From Raillietiella orientalis (Eukaryota), in the NCBI GenBank assembly GCA_036172245.1, contig JAYWIR010000003.1, positions 1,984,001-2,048,000 of the forward strand: DNA of 64,000 bases. Direction: 5' to 3'. Under the pieces are notes generated by a model, which saw only the letters and a list, made by a program, of their open reading frames with translations, had not been told where the DNA came from and did no database searches. Shown here piece by piece: positions 51,601 through 64,000 of this stretch. Made by a program: the position numbers and the translations under genes. Each line of letters begins with the position of its first letter. The first letter of the stretch is position 1.

Positions 51601-54600
51601 GAGCTGCATGCGATGCAAGGTGCCCCTGGGGATGTTCTTCTGTCGCGGGGAGCGCTGCAGGTCGTGCTCCCAGCTCGTCTGCAGGTCCTGCCAGGAACCC
51701 GACTCGTTCCGCCCCGGTTTTTGGATCTGCAGCTACTGCAACAAGAACCGGTCAGCAGCGCGGCGGCGACATCGCTTTCCTCACACGCACAGACACACGC
51801 ACGCACGCGCGCACTCCACTCCCGCTCCCCTTTCCTTCTCCCGGAAGAAAGAAAGAGAGAGAGAGAGATGGGGGTGGATCCTGCCAGGACCGCCTCCGGT
51901 GCACTCTTGCGTGTTTGCAGGGAGCTCCAGCTGGCCTCCGGTAGCTGGATGAACGCCTTCATCCGCCGTTCGAGCAGGCGACGCTCTCCCCGCTACGTGA
52001 ACGCAAGCAGGGAACTCAAGGAAACCCTCCGCAGGTCATGGGGCGGAAAAGGTACGCAGCCAGGTTAATGCAGGAGCCAGATCAGAGCATGCACCGCAGA
52101 AAGCTCACCTTCTAATTTAAGTCCCAATTATAGACCTCTGTCGGTAGACGAGTTTCAAAAGCTGTCGCTATCGCTCCGAACCCGTTCCCCGACGCAGCAC
52201 CAGTGCTTCCCCAAGGAGAGCAGCAGCGATGCCCGGCTGCCTCCGCTCCCGGGCAGCGCGCCCGGCCGAAACGCCTTGCTGCTCCTCCTCTCTGCGGCTG
52301 CTGAGGACGGTGGCTCTTACAGCGCCGCCGCCTCCTCCCCGAACGACTCCCCCCGTTCGTCGTCGTCGCCTCCTCCGCCGCCGACCCTCGGCGGGATGGA
52401 GCTCAGGAGGCGCAGGATGCTGCCGGAAGCGCCGCCGCCCACGTACCGCGCCTCCTTGGACGACGTGTCCGGCGGCAGCGCGGACGATCCTGCGCGACGC
52501 AGCGTGGCCGACTCCGGCATTTACGACGAGCTGCTCAGCCAGTCCGCGCCCGAGCTGGGCGCACCCTACAACGACGAGGAATCCGTGGCGGCGCACTCTC
52601 CCACGAAAGGTGATTGATCTCTTTCTGTGTTTGAGGGTTCATCTCTGTATCCCGAGCAAGACATACATGCCACCAAAGTGTATTGTTTTCATTTCTGCCT
52701 GCCTGCCTCTCCTCCCTTCTTGGCTGCTACTCCCCCGGCAGCCTCCCGAGTGTGCCCTTTCTGAATCACAAGAAAACCTTGCAGCGGTCTCGCCTTTCGT
52801 GGGCTGGACGTCCCGGTGAAACACGCCTGCGCCGTCTCCGCCAATCGCCAAGACGCTCACGAAATCGTTCACCTTCGCCCGCTTCCCCCCGGGCAGCGTG
52901 CAAAGAGCGAGCGGAAGTAACGGCGGAGGCAGCAGCATCAGTCTCGCGCGGAAGTCAGCTCATCCCGAACCCAGCCAGCTGTCCCCGCGGTTGCTTTCCT
53001 TTTCAATAGCGCCTCGAGGACATGGCCTGTCCCCGGGGACCGCAAAGTGAGACGGAAGCGGGCGGGAAACCGCAGGACATCCTCTTTAGACCCGCCAGTC
53101 GAGATTCTTCCGGATAACAGGGGGAATGGCAAAAGGGGAGGGCCAGGGAAGCGTTCTTCGCCGTTTCGGAGGGAAACCTCACCTCCGCGCTGTTGGTGGC
53201 ACAAGAAGCGCTTTTCGCGTCCCGCTTATCACCGGATGTGTCGTCACTGTGTTCCGTCAATCGGTCGCCACACGTGGAGAACCCCCATCATTCAATCGCC
53301 CGGTGATTACTTGCGTACCATGGGAGGCGATCGTTCCACTCGTGCACGTGTACCGTCAGATGCGCTCCGCCGCTGCCGGACCTCCGCCTCGGGGTGTTTG
53401 CTAGTTCCGAGAAATTCCGCGAGCTGCCGCGGCGGCGCACCTCCGGCGCCGATTGTGGGGCAAGGTGCAGGTTGACGCGCCCGCGCCCCAGGTGCTGCTC
53501 CCGTGCGCATCAATGAGGGCGGCGGATAGAACGAGGTAGAAGGGGAGAGGGGAAACGTTGGCGTTCATCGCCGCCAGAATTGCACGCGGAGCTTTCTTTT
53601 CCCTCCTCCACCCCCCCCCCCTTCGCTCCCACGCTTGGCCGAAACTTTCACTTCTCCACGAGAAGCGCACGCCTACGGAAAAAGCCTAGAGGGTGTGCTT
53701 TCGTGTGCACCGGGGATCGAGCGTGGAGGGAGAAAGGCTCATCCGCGGAGAGGAAAAAGAATAGAACAAAGGCCAGACGTAGCAGCAGCAGCAGCAGCAG
53801 CAGCAGCAACGCAGCCTCCGCTTCCCACCCTCGCACCCCCATCCCCCGATTTTCGTTTTTTCCTGCACGAAACGCGAACGGCGGTGTGCAGCTGCCCTCC
53901 CGCTCGCTCGCAGCTGCCCCCTCCTCCCCGCGCCAACCTCAAGGTTGCCAACTTGCGCGTGCGCGTGGCGGCGGAGAGAGACCTACTTGCACGCGCTCAG
54001 GCACTCCTCCCCAACAACCGCCCGCGGATAGGAGGAGGAATCGACGTCGCGCGGCCGCTCCGGTTCTCTCCCGCTCGCGCGCATGCGCCCCCCACCTTGT
54101 AGCGAATCGAAGGATCCGCGCGCGCGTTCCACTTGCGCAAGCCCTTCCGCCAGTGCCTGTGTGAGCAGTGAACGAGCACCGGTGTGCGCGCGCGTCGTCT
54201 GTCTTCGCCCGTGCCACACGCACGCGGAGGGAGAGAGAACGAAGACGAGAGAGAAAGGGAGAGAAACACAACAAAACAAAAGAAAACACACAAAAAAAAA
54301 AGAGAAAAACAAAGAAGAGAAAGAAAAGAAAACAGCGTGCGCAGCCAGTCATTGCCGGCTCGGCCTCCTCTCTCCTTCCTGCCCACCCGCGCTCCTCCCC
54401 CCTTCCCCCCCCTCCCTTTTTTTTTTTTTTTTTTTTTTGTGCGTGCGTGTGTGTGTGTTCTCTCCCGTCGTTCTTCGCTTGCCCGTTCCGCACGTGGCCC
54501 CCTTGTTTGCTCCCTGTGCGGTGGACTCGCAGCCAGTGTTCCCCCCTCCGCCTTCAGTGAAACGTGGACCGTACCTTTCCGTCTCGTGGGGAATGACCTC

Positions 54601-57600
54601 CCGCTTCGTCCCGGCGCCGCGGAGCGGCTGCACGGGCGGCGGCTGCGCAGCGTCGCGTACACGCACGCTCCAGAGACCGACGACAACGACGACGACAACT
54701 TTTGTGAGGTGACGGCAGGGCCCGCGCCTGTGCCCAGGAGACCATGAGCGGCGCGCGGCGCGAACTTCGGGCGGCGCCGGAAACCCGCGGTCCCACCCCT
54801 TCCGCGTGTCCGCGTGACCACCACCACCACCACCACCACCACCTGCTCTCCCGCTCCCGGAAGGTGGAGGTGGAATCGCAAGAGGTCACCATCTTCTTCC
54901 AAGGTCGCCCCTCCCCGGCTTCGTCCTGCGTTCCTCATGGAAACCTCAGCTGGTGGGTGCGGAAGGGAGGCGCGCTGGCGTGGCTTCCCCCGGCACCCCC
55001 CGACCACGTGAGCTGCGTCGTCATCCGCAGCAGGGAAAGCTCGCCCGAGAGTCCGAGGCGCCCCACCACGCTCCTGACGAGGAGCCGCAGCTTCAGCGAC
55101 GGGGAGCCCCGCCAGGGAGGGACGCTGATCCGGGTGGGAGGGGGGACCGACCCGCCGCCAGCGACCATGCCCCCTGCTTTCCTCCGGACCGGCAGGGCAC
55201 GATCCAGCGTGATCGAACAGTACGTCGCCTTCTTCGAGGAGAAAGGAACTGCCCCTGCCTCCCCCGACGGGCCGGCCCCGGAAAGCGGAGGGTGGCCCCG
55301 CCGCCGGCAGCCGACGAAGACGGCGGCTGCTGACCCCGGGCCTCTCCGCCGGGCCGGCAGCCTACCTGCCATGCCACCCATGCCGGCCCCCTGCGGCGGC
55401 GGCGGCGACGACGACGACCGCGCGGCGGAGGACAGTTGCAGTTCCCCCGAAGTCCTGATGGCGGGCGGAGCGGAACCGGAACCGACGAGCCCATCTCCCC
55501 CGCTCCTCCTGCGAGAGGTGGACATCCGGTGGCAGGAGGACCGGGCCGGCCTCAGCACGCAGGCTGTGGACCGTCCCATCGTGCCGCGCGGCGCCGGCCG
55601 GGAACCCCCCGTGGAGCGGCCCCTCCTGCTGCAGGGCGGAGCCGGGAGCGGCGACCCGCGTTCCGGTCCGCTGGTTCGGGTCGTGGAATCCCCCCGGGCG
55701 GTGACGGTGGTGCCCATCCGCGACAGCCGCCGCGTAACCGTCATCCAGGTGACGCCCGATCCGCTACCGCCGCGCGAGGGGAGTGTGGAGACCAACGTCC
55801 CTTCCCTGCGCGGCTGCCCTGCCGGTGACGATCGCTCGCCTCCTCCTGCTGCTCCTCGCAGTCCCGGCGCTATGGAGACGCCCGAACCCGCCTCCTACCC
55901 CGGCAGTGACGATGAAGTGCGGCGAGAGGACGTAGAAGAAGACAGTGAAGGATCTGCGTGCACGCGGTCCTCGCGGCAGGACAACTCGGCATCCTCGGAG
56001 GAGGAGGAGGAGGACTTTGACCTCGGGGAAGAGGGAGAGGAGGAAGACACGCTGCTGCTGGACCGCAGGAGGTTCGCGCACTTCCCCCTGCACACCATCG
56101 TGGAAGAGAGCGGGGAGGAGGAGGACGAGGAAGACTTCGGCGGCGACGACGACGACGACGGCGCCGGCGAAGGGGAAGAGCTGGAGGAAGAGGAGGAAAG
56201 GCGGAGGCAGCAGCAACGGCGGCGGCGCCCGCCGGCGGCCTTCGGAACTTCGCGCTTGGAGCGCTACTTTGTGTACGACCTCGCCGGACAGTCGGAGCAC
56301 GAGAGCCGCCGGGTCGCCAACGAGGACAGCGAGTGCAGTGATTCCTTCTCCGAGACGTCCGGGTCGGTCTTCAGTGAGGGCCTGGAACCCTGCGAGGGAA
56401 CTCCCGTCTTGGAGACCTACTTCATGACTCGTTTCGTAGGGAGCGGTGCCTCCCCGGACCTCCCGCGGAACGGCGGTGGCGGCGGCGGCAGCAGCAGCAG
56501 CAGCAGCAGCGACGGCGAGGACTCTGGGGAGGATCCGGCCGCAAAGCGGAGGAAGCCACGCTGCTGCCCCTCAAGGAGTCGCGCTCCCTGCCTCCGGGAA
56601 GAGGAGGAGGAGTGCGGGCGGCGGCTCCCGCGGCCGGATCTCTGCGGGGACGGTTGCGAGGATGGCCAGAGGGACAGCGGGTTCGCCGGCAGCTCGGACA
56701 ACTTGTTGCCAGGACCCCCCACGGACGGCGGTGGTGGCGCCGAGCCGAAGCAGCGGGAGCGCCCGAGCTCCGACGACGAGTCCAACCGCATGGTCGGCCG
56801 CCTGAGGACGCTCGTCCGAAGCTGGTCGTCGGGCACCGCCGGCGGCAAGTCCCCGCAGCTCGTGGAGTTCGAGCGCCGGCTGACGGAGCTGATGCGCGCC
56901 GTCCCCGGGGTCGATGAGAGGGATGCCCGAAGATTCGTGGGGTACCTCGGCGGTTTCGAGGACGCCTGGAGCGACTCCTCCTGCGGCGGTGGGAGCAGCA
57001 GCGGGCGAGAGAACGCCACCACCGTGCCCGCCACCGTCGCGAAGGTCTTCCGGCACGTGGGCGAGCGCCTTGCGGACCTGGTGCGCGAGGTCTCGTCCAT
57101 GGGCAAGCCGCCTCCGCCTCCCTGTGGCGGGCGGGTGCCCGCGGACGAATTCCTCCCCCTCCTCGCGCCGCCCCCGCCACCCACCCCCCCGCCTGCGCTC
57201 CGGGACCCCGTCAGCCCATCTCCCTTCATCCTCGAGGTGTCATCCGCCCAAACCCCCGGTGAGAACGCGGAAGACGCGGCGCGGGTTGTGCGGCCGATGC
57301 CGTCGCCGACGCGCCTTGTGGAGGTTCGGGGGACCAGGAAGCCCTCCTCGCGCGAGGATCCCACCGATGCATCTTCCTCCTCTCCGCCCCACCCTACCAC
57401 GTGCTTCTCTGGCGCCGTGAAGTCCGCCCGTTACCGACCCGTCCTCGACCCGACCCAGCAGCAGCGCACGATTCAGGAAAGATCGTGTCGCCGCAAGGTC
57501 AGCCGGAGTGAAGAACGTAAGTCCTGACCCGAGAGTCTTTCTGCATGTGTGCGCCCTCCTTCCTCCTCCTCTTCCTCCTCCAGCTTCCCGTCACTCCCGA

Positions 57601-58370
57601 GGCAGTGAGTGTTGCCGTGGCGCTAGTCGCTGCCCCAGCCGGATAGGGAAAGGGGAGGGGGAGGAGAGAGAGCTGGTCGTCCTCGCCGGTTCGCGTGCTG
57701 CCGTTGCTCTTCCTCCGCCCCATGATTGCATGGCGGTGTCGGGGATCGAAAGGTTTGCATCGGATGCAGTTTCCCTCTGGGGTCCAAGGGCAGCGCATCC
57801 GAGACCACCTCCTTCCCTGCATGTTTTCCCCTTTCGTTTTCGTTTCGGTTCCTCCTTCGCTGTGGTACTTCACGGCTTTTTAACTTACCCTTGTGAAAAC
57901 AGGAAACAGCTGGGGCGCCCAGAGTCGAGAGTTCACGAGTCCGCACGTCTCCCTCCTTCTCCCTCTCTCTCCCCAGCCAGCTTTCCATCCCGTAAATAAT
58001 AGCGTGGCGATTTGTGTGTGTGTGTGTGTGTGTGTGTGTGGCCAATTTTCCTTTTGTATTGTTGCACGTGACTTCTAGTGACCTCGGCTAAGAAGCTGAG
58101 GCCTCAAGAATAGCGAACGAGCGGGCGGGTGGATTCCGAAGCGAGCGCTTCGCATGTGCTCCGAATTTGCGCCATCGTCAGCGACGTCCGTGTAGCACTG
58201 CAGCGGCCTTGTGCAGAGGGAAGCTGGATGCTGGGAGGCCATCACGAGCGAAACCCAAGTGGCGTTGTGTTCCATCACGAGGGATTGCTTCGTGGAGTAA
58301 ACAATGAAATTTTGCATTTGCATCATAGTGAGGCTTTTGTGTAAGCGATGCCTGGGATTTGTTTTTTTTT

Positions 58371-58405
<35 letters not shown>

Positions 58406-59995
58406 CCCCTCCTCGTCTTCTCCCTTTCCCACTTGAGACGCGAATCTGGGAACTTTGGACGGAGAGGGGGAGAGAGAGAGAGATTGGGTGCACATTGAAC
58501 GCAGCACTCGAAGAGGACTTGACATCAAAAAACAACGCCGATGGAGCATTGCGGGTTACCGATAACCGAAGGGGTCAAAAACAAATCGAAAACGTTTTTC
58601 AACCTTTCCGAGCGCCTGTTGCTGCGATTCCAGTTGACCATCGTCCCGGCAAGAACTCAGTTTGTGATCGACTCGTTTTCACTTAAGGTGGATCGTTCAT
58701 TCGGAGGGAGAACCTACCTTCTTCACACACATGCTTCGGGGTTTTGACCAGCCCAGTGTTCTCTAACTCTTAATGTTTCTGGTATATGTAGCCGTTTTCC
58801 TGCCTTGAAAAAAACTCTGGATCTGTTTATAATAATTCGTAGGGTTGATGACAATTTGCTATCGTTTGCTTCGGGAATTATTACAAACACGCCTTGAAGT
58901 AGACTTGCACTTCAGGTCCTCAAACAGTAGCAGTCAGATGCTCCAAAAATCAGGTGATGAAGTAATTTCAAGAAAGCCAGACATGCTTGATGGACGAAGT
59001 TTGCTAGAATTGCCGGTTTGGGATTTTGCGTAACTTGCATTGAAGCCGATTCCCTTGGAAATGCATCTATGCATGCTAAATCATGCAGTGTTGAATAGCT
59101 TTACGATCAAGTTTTTCTCTTCTTGGCCACGTCACATCTAGCGCCCTTCATAATAGCAGCCACTTTATTTTCCAGGCCTTTTTTCCTTTGCAAGGTTGCC
59201 AAAAACAAGTCCATTGCTTTTTGTATTCTAAAATAGTCGATGTGCCTAAACAGAACATCGCGGTGCTTTTGGTGTTCTGTGTGACTTCGTGGTTGTGAAA
59301 ACGCAAAATCTTCCGATCCCAAACTTTCAGGGAAGATAGAATCTCCCCGTTCACCTGTAGGTATAATTCTCCACATGTGTATAGTGTAGGCTGTGGCGAC
59401 TTCTGTAAGACTGTAGCTGCTATCTAATTCCTATTTTCCTTATCTTTCGCTTGCTCGGGTATTCTAGGACGTATGCGGCAAAAAAAAAAAAAAAAAAAAG
59501 TATTCTTTTCTTCTTCCTGCGTTGCAGACTTTTCTGAGGTCATCCTTTGTATTTCGGGTTTGTGTGCTTTTCCAAACCGCCAAAAATTTCTCTTTGGGGT
59601 TTTCAGCTTAGCTCAAAGCAGACAAAGAGCGCCGTGCAGAAGTATCTCTGATGGTTCGTTGCGTGTGTGAATTTTAGTGATTTCGTGTGTGATCTGTTGT
59701 GAACAAAAAGTTCATAGTTGTGTCTTATGGTGCCCCTGCGCGCACGTCAACTGCGGCAAACTTTTTGTGGAGCGCCCTGCTGCCCGAAACTGCCCATCGC
59801 CGTGCCGGATAACCGAACGCGGAATAAAAGCTGCCGGAAAACATGAGCTTTTCCGTGGATTTAATAAATAAGCAGCAACGTTGTAGTTCATTTGCTTCGT
59901 TGGCCATCTGTTGCCCCGTTTCCGTGTTTAGCAACGCCTGTCGACCGAACTCGAGCGGATTCCATGATTTGGTGAAGCAGGGGAATATGTTATTT

Positions 59996-60028
<33 letters not shown>

Positions 60029-61660
60029 GCCCTGTGCGGAAGGTTGGGGTTGTTCATAGTTCATATGTAAGTTTCCACGTGCCCACTGTGAACTCTGAGC
60101 CTTTCACCATCCCATGATAGAGGAAACCACTTATGAACTGTTATCGGTCCGAGCGATGTTTTTGGCCGATGGAAAAGAAAAACAAACTGACTCACAATTG
60201 CGGCCAGATCGCTTGTTTTCCAAGTCATCGTGATCACTCGAGTGCCCGTTTTAATTGCGTCATTTTTTGTTTTCATCCTAAAGCAGTCTGCGTGTTTACG
60301 TAGAATTAAAACCGGTCAAGATTTGTTTGTTGCTAAGGTTTGCTCTCATTTGAGGGAGGAAGGGTGAATCTCATTGTAGCCAAATTATGCATGCTTTTCT
60401 TGATTAGACATCCTGGAATGGTGGGACGATCAAAGCTCAACATGCAGTAGTAAGAAACAGGATGTCAGAACAGCTGAATTTCAGTCCAGCATTTTTGATG
60501 ACTTCGAATGTAGCAGTCAATCAAAGAGTTCAAGAAATTCTCTCACTAGAGTGTGTGCTATCGCTATCGTTATGTTTTGCCACTGACATGATGCATTGCA
60601 GCCATGCAGCGAAACGTCTAGCGCATGTTTTATCTCTGATGATTTGGCAGAGAGTATTAATTCTACAGTGGCTGTATGTGGAGAAGTACAACTGTTAATA
60701 CAGTACAATGGACAGACAAACAATGTGGAGGTCCATGTGAAACAGTGCCGCAATCTGGCATCTGTGGATACAAAGCGAAATCGCTCGGATCCGTGAGTGT
60801 TTTACTGCATGTCCACAATTATGCTTCCTAAATCTTAGGTATGTCAAAGTCTACCTGCTGCCTGACCGTTCAAAAGCCGGTAAGAGAAAAACAAAGACCA
60901 GGAAACACACTATCAATCCAGTCTTTGATGAGGTACTCAAGGTAAGTTGCACTCCATGTTGCATGACACTGTCTCTCAGTTCTCTGCAGCTGCTAAGGAC
61001 TTATCCACTCATACTTTGTGGCTGACAGTGTGGCACAGCGATATGTTTGGCCGCAATCATTTTTTAGGAGAAGTGTGGCTGCCTCTGAGTGAAATCAATC
61101 TCCAGCAGCTAGAACCCATGTGGTATCCACTGCAGGACAGAGTTAGTCACATAAGTAACACACTGCTCCTCCATAAGTAACACATTTGTTTGCAGGGAGG
61201 ACACCTAACAGTCAGCTCTTGTTCTCAAGGGCATATTATAGTGGCATTGAAATATCTTCCTACCTCCAAAACAGATTCTCGGCGCTCACGTTCTCAGAAA
61301 GGAACGCTGTATGTATTGGTGAAGGAAGCACGTCATTTGGCAGCACCACTTGATACCTGTTGCAAGTGCCGCCTGATATCAGCTGACAAATCACGCCAAT
61401 TTAAACAAAAAAGTGATATAGTGAAGAGTAGCATCAATCCTGCATGGAATCACACATTCCTGTTTAAGGATCTCTGTAGAGAAGAGTTACACCAACGCCA
61501 AGTTGAACTGAGTGTCTGGGCTGGAAGCCTGTGCTTAGGTGGAATCCTGTTGGGATCGGAAGACAGTGGTGAAGAAGCTAACCTATGGCAGAACATGCTG
61601 GAACACCCCTCCTTGTGGGTGCAAAGCTGCTTATTCTTGCATTCCCTAACCCTTCCCTGA
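45652..61660 (+). CDS. btsz: Synaptotagmin-like protein (bitesize/Slp4-5 family): Rab-binding SHD with Zn finger, long disordered middle, tandem C2 domains
   Basis: SHD LDMLSDTEKKTLWSVINRDEALKRREEWRI (exon 45652-45893). Zn finger CMRC..CRSC..VCRSC..WICSYC (51517-51750). SGSW exon 51921-52051; exon 52148-52609; an uncertain exon at about 52785-52953; giant exon 55031-57516 (FPLHTIVEES, SRLERYF); 21-nt exon 57584-57604; unresolved exons at 58-60.5 kb. C2A GEVQLLIQYN..VDTKRNRSDPYVKVYLLPD..KRKTK..WHSDMFGRN (60602-60792, 60839-60941, 60980-61141). C2B exon 61196-61660. Confidence 0.88.
53781..53807 (+). repeat. (AGC)n trinucleotide microsatellite in btsz intron
   Basis: Nine tandem AGC units. Confidence 0.9.
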
Positions 61661-61711
61661 CAATATACACAGTCTCTAAATAATCACTTTGTTGAGAAAA
61701 CAGGAAGAATT

Positions 61712-63186
61712 TCATCGCTGTTCCATCTTGTGGCGGGGGGGTTTGAAAGGCTTTATTTTTGGTTTAGTCTTGGATCCTCCTTGGAAATCTTTCCAGCTGT
61801 TGACACGGCTTTCCCGGGATTCCTAAAAACTATTCAAAAAAAAAAGTTTTGTCAAATATGCATACTTCATAATTTTTCTGCCATTCCTTCTCACGCTGCA
61901 TCTTTTCTTCTTCTCGAATTTCCTCTTCTCTCTTTCTTTTTCTCATCTCCATATCACGAGCTTCCTGCTCTCTGCGTTTTTTTTCCATATCAGCAAAAAG
62001 CTTCATTGTGAGCACATAAACAGCACGACGGTACACTTTGGGATCATCTTCAGGAATAGCTGTCCCTTTACCCTCCTTCTTTTGTTTGCGACGCTTTTCA
62101 GCCAGCATCATATCTGTTTTGGCTGTAGCTTCTTCTATCACATCCGTACATTTAAGGCGTGTTTCCTCATTTTCAAGTGTACGATATGCCCTGTTTACCA
62201 CTAATACATCAGGTGATTAGAATTAATTATTCTTTTTCTTTTTACCATCAAATGCTACCCGAGCTCTCTCTGAGTCAGCAGGATTCTTATCAGGATGTAC
62301 CAAGATTGAAAGCTAGAAGGAGGAAAGGTTTTTGCTTGCAACAGGGGATGCTCACGTTAATTGCTTTACCCTCTTGTACTTTTTCTTCACATCCTCTAGT
62401 GGGGTTTCAGGTTCAATTTGCAAGACTTCATATGGATTGAGATTGAAATATGTGGATCCTGGTCGCAATAGGCGATCAATTTGTTGTTTTGGAGTCAGTA
62501 CTGAATCAATCTTTTCAATCTGCTTCACCTGGAAAAACAGTGGGTAAGAGTTCACAAAGTGTGTAACCAGAATATTAGAGCCTTCCAAATGTAACTAGAA
62601 ATACATGTAATAAACCATCAGAGAAACAAGATGTGAAACAATTTAATCAACTCCACAAGTATACCTCCGATTCCCTTAATCGCTTCAATAATTCACATAC
62701 AATCTCTCCCAAAACTGCATTTTTCATGTGGTGTCCAATAAAACCAAAAGTGACAAACAAGAAACAAGTGCCTACATGCATAACTACATAAAAATGAAGG
62801 GTAAAAAACTAAATGCACGCATTAATACAACAATTCGTAATACTACTTCAGTTATTGAAAGTAAAACAATGGGAATAAGAATTTATGCAAACAGCCACAA
62901 AAATTTTTCGGGTTGGTAGTTTTCCAATAACAATGATTGATTCAACACAATAACAAAAAGGGTTTTTAAATTTGATCAATGCAAAAGTACATTCATCTGC
63001 AAACTACAATGCACTTTACCATAACATTTAACACTCACTGTAACTTTAATCCACTTTAAAACAATCCGAACATTACTCAACATAACATTTATAAATGTTG
63101 ATTATTAAGATTACCTCCGAATAGAATTCCAGAAATACGTCTTTTCCATCTTCACTGGCTGACGTAGTTGACAAATTGGTAGTCAT
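61712..63186 (-). CDS. DNAJC8: DnaJ homolog subfamily C member 8
   Basis: FLEFYSE|VKQIEKIDSVLTPKQQIDRLLRPGSTYFNLNPYEVLQ, LSILVHPDKN (HPD motif), KLFADME, EWQKNYEESRESRVNSWKDF, FKPPRHKMEQR*. Exons (minus): 63186-63115, 62528-62370, 62312-62246, 62200-61866, 61822-61712. Confidence 0.97.
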
Positions 63187-64000
63187 TCTTAATTTTACAT
63201 AATTAGTTGATCATAACTGTGTCCACCTTTCCTAGCATCAGCATCATTAAAGCATAATTAGCGATGGTATGAACAGCTTAAACATTCATTATAAAAAGCT
63301 TTCATTCACGAAAAGATTAGTTTAAAAGAATGATGATATTGGTTTCTTATTTGTAGTTGTTAAATTATAGCGTGCACATCAAATTGAAAACTCAGTATTC
63401 TAGATTATTCATAAAACTGAAACAAGTCGATCCTAAGCAGATACAACAAACAGTATTAAAACAACAGCTTTGAAGACATTTCATAATTTTGCAAGACAAC
63501 GGGGAGCGCACACTTTCTCTCATAAAATCTTGCTTTTGTCACTTAAAAAAAAAATGAAATTGTGTTTTGACTGTTGTTTACACCTATCAAACTTTGCTGC
63601 CCACTTCGATCGAAAACGAGAATGCACACAAAAATTCCGAAGTACCAATACTCATTTGAGAAAAGTTCAAATTATATGAAGGAATGCACACAAAAATATT
63701 TCATTTCCTTGCTTTCATCAAGCTAAGAGGTGAAGATGATTAAAGGAACAGTGCAGCCTTAGATCATTCCTGATGACGAGTTTCGAGACGACTTATTCTC
63801 TCATAAAATTCGACATAGGATAATAAAATAAAATAATTCTCATTGGAATGGTATGTTAAAACCATACGATAAACAGTGAAAATTTCACCCAATCCTGGCT
63901 CATCATAACTCCCAGCGTGGCATTGAAAAATAACTTGCACAAATTCTTTAACGACACAATTTTAAGTATTCTATACAAACCTAAATGATTGACTCTACAA

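Noticed and set aside
54935..57400. Long antisense ORFs (286, 327 and 252 aa) opposite the giant exon
   Set aside because: Expected shadow ORFs of GC3-rich coding sequence.
54744..57527. 927-aa ORF as a stand-alone novel gene with a poly-His N-terminus
   Set aside because: It lies between the SHD and C2 exons of btsz on the same strand, has acceptor (55030/55033) and donor (57517) sites, and carries bitesize-like motifs. The poly-His part is probably an intronic CAC repeat.
63765..63795. Hammerhead-like CTGATGA...GAGAC
   Set aside because: The core GAAA is not intact and no convincing flanking stems were found.

Overview
Eukaryotic, animal genomic DNA. It is probably arthropod, judged from a bitesize-type synaptotagmin-like gene; the species cannot be fixed from the sequence. 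Seven spliced protein-coding genes were rebuilt by hand: HYOU1/GRP170 (-), ALG12 (+), FCF1 (+), TVP23 (-), VIPAS39/SPE-39 (+), a bitesize/Slp gene (+, about 16 kb) and DNAJC8 (-). The housekeeping genes are AT-rich, CpG-poor and extremely compact. They carry about 32 introns of 34-59 nt, including a 49-nt U12-type intron in ALG12. Only 49 nt separate the ALG12 stop from the FCF1 ATG, and that gap contains a splice acceptor, which is operon-like. The convergent gene pairs are only 29 and 51 nt apart. The intergenic stretches (1-4 kb, 23-45 kb) hold heavily decayed DIRS-like retrotransposons and L1/Tx1-like non-LTR elements that share an AATAAA-plus-hairpin 3' end. One of these appears to be a full-length ORF1-only (HAL1-like) non-autonomous element, and another sits inside a DIRS RT with a perfect 15-bp TSD. 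Protein identities come from motif recognition, not database searches, and the splice models are predictions.
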